NCBI GenBank assembly: GCA_951406725.2
Contig: OX597839.1
Location: 1,922,001-1,986,000 of the forward strand
Direction: 5' to 3'
DNA: 64,000 nucleotides
Origin: Octopus vulgaris
Lineage: Eukaryota
The notes beneath the pieces were generated by a model, which saw only the letters and a program-made list of their open reading frames with translations, made no database searches and was not told where the DNA came from. Positions 54,333-64,000 of this stretch are shown in pieces (positions within the stretch are counted from its first letter, which is position 1; every line of letters begins with the position of its first letter). The position numbers were made by a program, and so were the translations under genes.

Positions 54333-54610
54333 AAAGCGCATGGCCTAGTGGTTAGGTTGTTGCACTCACGATCTCTTGATCGTGGTTTCGATTCCCTGAT
54401 TGGGTGGTGCGTTGTGTTCTTGGGGAAAAACACTTAATTTCATGTCATTCCAGTCCCCATTTCGATTAGGTATATGTTTGTGGGGGGGATGTTGGCCTGC
54501 TCTTCTAGCCAGTGGGGTGGCGTCATTTGAAGGCTAAAACAATGCGAAGCGCATTGTGACTAGCGATGAGTAACAACCTCGGATAGCCTGGTCAGTCACG
54601 TGATCGTGTG
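54333..54610 (+). mobile_element. tRNA-derived SINE family C, diverged
   Basis: GCGCATGGCCTAGTGGTTAGG...GGTTTCGATTCCC; 3' end shared with 18369-18470. Confidence 0.75.
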
Positions 54611-55010
54611 ATAGTAGAAGGAGACGAGCTGGCTGAATCCTTGTTTAGCGGAGCCCGTGTCTATAGTAGAAGACACTTGCCCAGGGTGCAACGCAGTGGG
54701 ACTGAACCCGAAATCATGACGTTGGGAGGCATTCAATATGACGAGGGTGTTAGAAACACCTACATTGCTAGAAATAAGAGCTAAAATGTTCTAATTCTCT
54801 AGTTAACACACATAAATGTAAACATATATACGGACAGGGACCTTAATCGTCTGAAAAATTCCGATCGAAAATTCTTAATACTGACGTCAGTTTCGGCAAT
54901 TTTCGTTGCATATTAGCTCTTATTTCTAGCAATGTAGATGTTCCTAACACCCTAGTCACATTAAGTGACAATTCTAGTTGTTTTCCGTTTTGGTGAAACA
55001 TTGCATACTG

Positions 55011-55169
<159 letters not shown>

Positions 55170-55314
55170 ATAAAAATGGTAAGACAATAAAAGAATGAAA
55201 GAGACCTCAATATTATGTAAATAGAGGAATTTATCTGAAAATTTATCTGTAAATGTGACAATTATTCGGTAGCCATGATAATGGTCATTTTTCATAGCAT
55301 TTTTCCGATGGGCG

Positions 55315-55375
55315 GATAACTGAAGAGATGGCGGTGGGGATTTCCACCTCGGCATCCGAAACTCGGAGTTTTATC
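55315..55375 (+). ncRNA. Type I hammerhead ribozyme
   Basis: GATAA-CTGAAGA-GATG..GGTGG(GGATTT)CCACC..CATC-C-GAAA-CTCGGAG-TT-TTATC. Confidence 0.78.
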
Positions 55376-55415
55376 ATGGCTACCGAATAATTGTCACATA
55401 TTACATTTTGAGATT

Positions 55416-55492
<77 letters not shown>

Positions 55493-55614
55493 GCAAGGAA
55501 AAATTATGAAAAGGCAGAATGCTAAATTGAAGGTAAATTTTAATGAAAATGGGTGTATGGAAAATTTTAAAAAAAAATTTTTTTAATATATTAATTCTAA
55601 CCGGTTTTCGTCTA

Positions 55615-55647
<33 letters not shown>

Positions 55648-55731
55648 TTAGAGACAAAACCACTATTTTGCAAAACAAATAAGGAAAGACTTAATCAATA
55701 GATAGAAATTTAATAAAAAGTAAAAAAACCG

Positions 55732-55775
55732 CCACTACAATTGTTTCATGTCTTCTAATGACAATCTTCAGGTGG
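55732..55775 (-). ncRNA. Minimal hammerhead ribozyme (left arm copy)
   Basis: Exact reverse complement of 56040-56083. Confidence 0.82.
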
Positions 55776-55934
55776 ATTTCCGATTTTCAAATCAGTTTCA
55801 ATTTATGGAAAGACTTAATCAATACATAAAAATTTTCAAATCAGTTTCAATTTAAGGAAAGACTTAATCAATACATAAAAATTTAATAAAAAGTAAAAAA
55901 AACCGCCACTACAATTGTTTCATGTCTTCTAATG

Positions 55935-55994
<60 letters not shown>

Positions 55995-56039
55995 AATACA
56001 TAGACTTCATAAATTGAAACTGATTTGAAAATCGGAAAT

Positions 56040-56083
56040 CCACCTGAAGATTGTCATTAGAAGACATGAAACAATTGTAGTGG
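56040..56083 (+). ncRNA. Minimal hammerhead ribozyme (right arm copy)
   Basis: CCAC-CTGAAGA-T-TGTC(ATTAGAA)GACA-T-GAAA-CAATTG-TA-GTGG; palindromic stem III ACAATTGT; GUA site. Confidence 0.82.
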
Positions 56084-56263
56084 CGGTTTTTTTTACTTCT
56101 TATTAAATTTTTATGTATTGATTAAGTCTTTCCTTGTTTGTTTTGCAAAATAGTGGTTTTGTCTCTAATTAATATTATATAATATTTTACTATAAAATTG
56201 GATTTAATCCTAAATCTGATTTTTTTCCCTGTAAATTTGGATTTATTCCCTAATATTTATTAT

Positions 56264-56325
<62 letters not shown>

Positions 56326-56413
56326 GTGGATGTAATATGTGACAATTATTCGGTAGCCATGATAAAACTCCGAGTTTCGGATGTTGTCTTACCATTTTTA
56401 TCAATATATATAT

Positions 56414-56915
56414 AAGGCTTTCTGCAATCCATCCGTTTAGTAAAACTTCATCAAGGCAGTCCCTTACATTCTTATGCATTCTTATACCAGTATGGACGCT
56501 GGTTCCACCTTGCTGGAAATACAACCCCAGACATTCTTGTTGAACTCTGACACATTTCTGGAACTCACTCCGGCTTGGATGGGGGCGGAGGAACTCGTGG
56601 TGGTCAGTGGTCTTCTGGAGCATTTCGTGTGGACATCTTAAACCGTTCCATCTGCTCCGAGTATATCTCTAATTCGAATAATAGTAAGCCAGGTAGGTGA
56701 ATCCGTTTGAAATTCTTTCTTAAACTGTATCTGCACTTCGACTGCATTTTAAAACTTCCTGTAATTCTTTAAGTTAAATTTCCATTATTAAAAACTTAGC
56801 TTGGCTTCGTTCATTATCTTTAATCTCGTAAATCTAAAAAAGAAGAAGAAAAAGAAAATGAAAACTGAGTTAACTATTGTTAAAATTTGTATACGTTTTC
56901 TTTGCACATCTTGTA
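56414..56915 (-). pseudogene. Tc1/mariner transposase relic with internal deletion
   Basis: NAVEVQIQFKKEFQTDSPTWLTIIRIRD..ADGT HTH-like and YFQQGG..VRDCLDEVLLNGWI catalytic-region-like. Confidence 0.65.
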
Positions 56916-56946
56916 TATATACTAATACATGAGTATTCCCGCGCGT

Positions 56947-57018
<72 letters not shown>

Positions 57019-57049
57019 AAAACTCTCTCTTTTCTTTTTCTCTCCTCAT

Positions 57050-57101
<52 letters not shown>

Positions 57102-57190
57102 AATATGGATGTGTATATAACTGTGTGTGTATATACACACAAAAAGACAAACCGGTATATATATGTGCATGTGTGTGTGAGTGTATGAAA

Positions 57191-57312
<122 letters not shown>

Positions 57313-57699
57313 TATATATTAATATTTATTAATTTATTTACTAAAGATTGCCGAAACTATGCATAGTCCAGAAAGGAGAGGGTAAACGTTTTCAATTCTC
57401 TTTCCATTTCAGAATTACAACTATTAGTGGTTTGGAGTTTAACTGTTCTTTCTAGTGAGTCGAATGTCCTATTATGGCCATTCCTTATATATTTGAATAT
57501 ATATATATATATATATACAAACACAGGCGGACACCTCAGAATATGTGTGTGTGTATGTGTCTTTATATATATACACACAGACAGACATCTTAGTATATAT
57601 ATATATATTATATACATACATATACGCGCATACACACATATATGATATATACACACACACACACACGCATTATATATGTTACATACACACACACGTGTG

Positions 57700-57779
<80 letters not shown>

Positions 57780-58646
57780 TTATACAGGGAGACATTTCAA
57801 AAGTACGTATCACCACTTTTGAAAGAATTCTAGAAACCAAATAAATTTATTTCCTGCATTTAGGCACTTAATTTAGTATTAAGTGGACATGTGTTATGCA
57901 GCTTTTAATGATTTCACTCGTTTAAGCATCGTACTGATGAGTAGTGTCGGCACAGATAAAATGCCATGATGAGGTGCCGATGTTGGCTTTTAAGATATCT
58001 GTGTACATATACGTGGTTCAGTTCCATTGCGTGGAGCCTCCGTCAGTTCTACAATGACTCCGGACCGATTAAAGCCTTGTGAAGTAATGCCACCAATCAA
58101 GTTTAGATCTATTTTAAAAGCAAAATATATTTATCTTAGCTTCAATGATAGAAGAAAGCATGAAGAATTTCATAGTTTTGTTCCCATGCAACGAAAATTT
58201 GTATAAAAAAGTTGAGATGAAATATGAAAAAAAAATATATATATAAGTAAGGCAAAAAATTGGATTAAAGTATGATTAACTTTTTTATTTTCAAAACAAA
58301 CCATATTTTGATTAAGCTTAAATGATAGAGTTCATTTTGAGGAATTTCATGCAATGAAGTTTTAAAAGAAAAGAGTTATGAGTACTTGTTTCCCAAATTT
58401 GAAGGTGATAATATAGTTATGTATTGTTTTTATGAATATAGTTCTATAATAGGACTTTTAATATGTCACTGGTGTCATTGAGGTAAGGAAAAATTATCAA
58501 CGACACCGCTAGTTGACATTATTAATCCGCATAATGGCATAGCCCGGAAAAACATGGATTACATAGAAAAAATGCGAACAAGAGAAATAATATTCTTAAG
58601 ATTATAAACCTAGAAAATTACAGGACAAGTTATTGCACTCGGAAAC

Positions 58647-59790
58647 ATACATGCATACATACAAACATTATACATACATACATACATACAAACATAATAT
58701 ATACATACATGCATACATACATACATACATACATACATACATACATACTACATACATACATACATACATACATACGTACGTACATACATGCATGCATACA
58801 TACATACAAACATGCATACATACATACATACAAACATTATACATACATACAAACATGCATACATACATACAAACATTATACATACATACATACAAACATG
58901 CATACATACATACATGCATACATACATACATACATACATGCATACATACATGCATACATACACACCTGCACATACATACATACATACAAACATTATACAT
59001 ACATACAAACATTTTACATACATACATGTATGCACACATACATACATACATACATACATACAAACATTATACATACATACATACATACATGCATACATAC
59101 ATACATACATACATACATACATACATACATACATGCATGCATACATACATACATGCATACATACATGCATACATACATACATACAAACATACATCATGCA
59201 TACATACATACAAACATGCATACATACATACATACATTATACATACATACATACAAACATGCATACATACATACATACATGCATACATACATACATGCAT
59301 ACATACATACATACATACACACCTGCACATACATACATACATACAAACATTATACATACATACAAACATTTTACATACATACATGTATGCACACATACAT
59401 ACATACATACATACATACAAACATTATACATACATACATACATACATACATACATACATACATACATGCATACATACATACATACATACATACATGCATG
59501 CATACATACATACATGCATACATACATGCATACATACATACATACAAACATACATCATGCATACATACATACAAACATGCATACATACATACATACATAC
59601 ATGCATACATGCATACATACGTACATACAAACATTATACATACATACATACATGCATACATACATACATGCATACATACATACATACATGCATACATACA
59701 TGCATACATACATGCATATATGCATACATACATACATACATACATATATACATACATACATATATACATACATACATACAAATACATACG
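58647..59790. repeat. (CATA)n-derived satellite with a ~357-bp higher-order duplication
   Basis: CACACCTGCACATAC at 58961 and 59318 followed by the same run of variant units. Confidence 0.9.
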
Positions 59791-59817
59791 CACTAACATT
59801 ATGTATGTATGTGTATT

Positions 59818-59889
<72 letters not shown>

Positions 59890-60161
59890 GCAGAGAGGCT
59901 GATTATAAATATCAACACTATATTAAAAAACAAAAGAAAATAAAAGGCTCAGGGGAGTGTTCTGCATATTATTACAAAGATGTTTAACAAATGTGACATG
60001 GTGAGTTCAATTCATATAAATCATCTTAGCAATTAGTACACCAAACCTCCTTCCGTATATATTTTTAGGATTGTGTTGGTCTTGATACTTAATCAATTCC
60101 CAGTCACTCAACAGGTTTTTTTGTTTTTTTTTTGTATTGTGTGTTTATTTGCTTGCTCTTC

Positions 60162-60205
<44 letters not shown>

Positions 60206-60214
60206 CCTGTGCCA

Positions 60215-60261
<47 letters not shown>

Positions 60262-60263
<2 letters not shown>

Positions 60264-60420
60264 CGTAAGCTGTGTGTGGTAAGTAGCTTGCTAACGAACC
60301 ACATGGTTCCTGGTTCAGTCCCACTGCGTGGCACCTTGGGTAAGTGTCTTCTACCATAGCCTCGAGCCGACCAAAACCTTGTCAGTGGATTTTGTAGACA
60401 GAAACTGAAAGAAGCCCGTC

Positions 60421-60457
<37 letters not shown>

Positions 60458-60459
60458 CG

Positions 60460-60492
<33 letters not shown>

Positions 60493-60698
60493 TTGTGTGT
60501 GTGTTTGTATGTCTGTGTTTGTCCCCCCCCACCAACATCATTTGACAAACGATGGTGGTGTGTTTACGTCCCCGCAGCAAAAGAGACCGATAGAATAAGT
60601 ACTAGGATTATAACGAATAAATCCTGTGGTCGATTTGGTCGACTAAATGCGGTGCTCCAGCATGGCCGCAGTCAAATGACTGAAACAAGTAAAAGAGT
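60262..60698 (+). mobile_element. SINE family A
   Basis: Matches the family A unit. Confidence 0.88.
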
Positions 60699-60764
60699 AT
60701 ATATGTATATATACATATATATATATGCCATTTTCAATTTGTCACCCCTGATAAATATATATAC

Positions 60765-60823
<59 letters not shown>

Positions 60824-61093
60824 TACATATATATGTATATATATGTATATATATGTATGTTTGTATATTAATTTATCCATTCCTTCCTCCCTATAGACAA
60901 GCATATAAACAGCAAACACATACGTATATGCATCCATAAATCATGCATATATACATGCATGCACGCATACACAGATACACACGCACAAGTGTATGTCTGG
61001 TGCTGCCGCCGCCCTTTATTCTTGACGATCAATAATTAATGGTTTTCCTTTGTAAAACCGCCCAATTGTTTCATCAGTTTCTGATAACGGACC

Positions 61094-61140
<47 letters not shown>

Positions 61141-61651
61141 GAATATGAACGAACGCACGCATATAGACATGCTAAGCATACATCCTTTTGTGTGTGCGTA
61201 AAGATATGCCTGTACATACATACATACATACATACATACATACATACATACATACATACATACATACATACATACATACATACATACATTATTATTATGG
61301 CTGTCCCCTCGTTATCGAGTATGGCCATTGCACGAAGCTTAACTGTTACTGGTGCTGTGATCGAATGTGACATTTTAGCCCAGCTAAAGATCTCGCGCGG
61401 TTAAGGACTCCTAGCCTTTGTTAGGGCATCCTTCTAGGAGAAGGTAACTCAGGTAATATACATACATACATACATACATACATACATACATACATACATA
61501 CATACATACATACATACATAAAGACATACAACATACTTGGGGTGTATGCATCGATAGTTCAATCAACACACCAGCTCAACCACAAGCAGAAACTGAAAGA
61601 AGCCTGTCAATTTGTCTGACTAAACACTTCGTGGCAATCCAATGATTCATG

Positions 61652-61741
<90 letters not shown>

Positions 61742-61771
61742 GGTCCGTTATCAGAAACTGATAAAACCATT

Positions 61772-62275
61772 CTGACACTGGAGTAAAATATACGAAGCCC
61801 AGTATACCCATCATGACTACCCGTTTGATAAGGGTACACCAGGCACATGCATCCTAACCATATGTGCGCGACATGGTGATCTCATATCAAGATAAATAGC
61901 GCATGACCTTGCAAGTGGGGGCCCAATTAGAATTTTCTTCAGGTCGAGTAACCCATTCCGCTCAAACGGTCCCTCAATATGGTTTGTTTAAGGATGTTGA
62001 ACGAAACACCCATGTTTCCCAAAGGTGAATTATCCAAACCTCAAAGAATCCCTCTCAACACATGGCTATGATGCTCTCTCAATACTTCTGCTCGTGATCA
62101 AAGGTGCATATATCGTCAGCCACTAAGGGACATGCTCAACTGGTTAAAGTCAAGCAACTGACAAGCAAATCTGTGGTATTTGCCTGTAGCCGATCTTTCA
62201 TACCAAGACAAAACAATGAATATAATAATACTTCCAATTAGTTGAGATCAGAAGCCAAGGGAGCTACTGTCTGGT
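61772..62275 (-). mobile_element. Element D, diverged copy
   Basis: Reverse complement of 14600-15110. Confidence 0.85.
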
Positions 62276-62445
62276 GCCTTGGACAAGTGTCCTCTGCTAT
62301 AGCCTCGCGTCGACCAAAGCCTTGTGAGTGGATTTAGTAAACGGAAACTGAAAGAAGCCCGTCGTATGTATGCGTATATATATATATTGATATATAAGTG
62401 ATATATTTACATTCTTTATTTTCTCTCCTTGTTTCTTTCTGTGTT

Positions 62446-62483
62446 TCTTTCTGTGGAAGAGTGTAGGCTCGAAACGTTAAAGA
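62446..62483 (+). ncRNA. Minimal hammerhead variant (A6 is U)
   Basis: TCTTT-CTGTGGA-A-GAG(TGTAGG)CTC-GAAA-CG-TT-AAAGA. Confidence 0.6.
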
Positions 62484-62555
62484 CTTTTTTACTTTCCGAG
62501 CGTTAAACTAATACATCTGTTTGTTGTCTACTCCACCTGTCTTCGTCTTTTTTTT

Positions 62556-62673
<118 letters not shown>

Positions 62674-63229
62674 TATTATATATATATATATATACATACA
62701 CACACACACATTACGGAGATGTATTTGCATAACAAGTGACCTGATCTGAGATCGTGTGCTGGAACGAAAACGTGGAAAGTGTTTATAAGCCATTTAAACA
62801 CACACACACACACATGCATACACACACACACACACACAACTCTCTCTCTCTCTCTCTCACACACACACTCACACACACACACATACACGCACATATATAT
62901 ATACACTGAATGTTGTCAGTGAACAGGTCGCGGTCTCAAAGCGACGAAAATATTTAGCAAATTAAATTTAAATGTTGAAGTGAATCTAACGGTTTTGTTG
63001 CAGTTGTTTTCGTTGCAGCACACGATCTCAGATCAGGTCGCTTGCCATGCAAGTACATCTCCGTAATACACACACAGACACACAGATGCTTTAGTGCATG
63101 CGTACACACGCGCACACAGTACACCCACGCACATACCTGATATCTAATACACAGCATCTAGTAAATTATTTTTATCATGTCTTCATCACATCACCATTAA
63201 ACCCCCCACCAACCCCCTCCACCGGTATT

Positions 63230-64000
63230 CCATATTCTCTCCTTCTTTCTTTCCCTTCCTCTCCCTTGTTGCTCTGTCTCTCTCTCTCACACACTCCCCC
63301 TCTCTAAGAACCACCTAACACTCTTCTCTATTTTCTCCTCTCTTCTCCTTACTCTCCCCATTGCTCTCTCTCTCTCAAACTCACACACACAAACTTCCTT
63401 TCTCATACACTCACGCACACTTCCTCTCTAAGATGCTCTTCTCTGTATTCTCTTCTCCTTATTCTCCTTACTCTCCTCCCTTACACGTTCTTACATACAC
63501 ACTCTCCCTCTATAACAATCTCCCTTCCTCTTTTGCCCTTATTTTCCTCTCTCTCTCCCCTTACTCTTTCCTTTACTCCCTCTTTCTCATTCCCTCAATC
63601 TGCTCTCCTTAATCTGCCCCTTTCTCTTCTCCGTTGCTCTTTGTCACTCACATACTCTCCCTCCCTAACAAGGTCCCTCCACTTTTCTCCTTACTCTCTT
63701 CTCCTTCCCTGCTCTCTACCTCTTTTTCTCTCTCTCACACATACACACTCTCATTTCTAACAAGCTCCCTCAACTCTTCTTATTACCTGCTCCTTACTCT
63801 TCTCTACTGCCCTCTCTTTCTCTCTTATTCTCTCTAACGAGCTCCCTCCGCCCTTCTCCTTATTCTCTCCTTTTCTTACTCCCCCCATTGCTCTGTCACT
63901 CCCTCTCCCTAACAAGTTCCCGCCACTCTCATTCTCTCCCCGTTCATTTCGTCACTTATACACTCCCCCTCTCTAACAAGTTCCCTCCATTTTTCTCCTT
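63230..64000 (+). repeat. Polypyrimidine minisatellite
   Basis: Recurring CTCTCTAACAAG(T/C)TCCC and TTCTCCTTA(T/C)TCT units. Confidence 0.85.

Noticed and set aside
57932-57990. CTGATGA followed by a 12-bp hairpin
   Set aside because: No GAAA or stem III after the hairpin.
58633-59987. Long His/Thr/Tyr/Ile ORFs of 387-399 aa
   Set aside because: Translations of (CATA)n; open in several frames and without domains.

Overview
Eukaryotic, AT-rich, repeat-saturated DNA with no recognisable host gene; almost all ORFs in the track are microsatellite or SINE translations. The SINE families and (TA/CA/TAA/CATA/GATA)n load resemble an octopus (coleoid cephalopod) genome; this is inferred from pattern recognition, not a database match. 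Content: three tRNA-derived SINE families; a ~550-bp (TAA)n-embedded non-coding element; a 5'-truncated R4/Dong-type retrotransposon in (TAA)n; RTE and Tc1/mariner relics; MITEs; Helitron-like elements; and Penelope-like (PLE) GIY-YIG fragments. The main hidden signal is about 15 complete, variant or half hammerhead-ribozyme motifs from many unrelated families. Most have a palindromic stem III and sit in short fold-back segments next to (TA)n, which suggests a diverse PLE-derived, retrozyme-like population. The best PLE copy (22.6-24.4 kb) also carries a readable Pol II promoter and a U3:A8 hammerhead variant. Coordinates were counted by eye and repeat boundaries are approximate.
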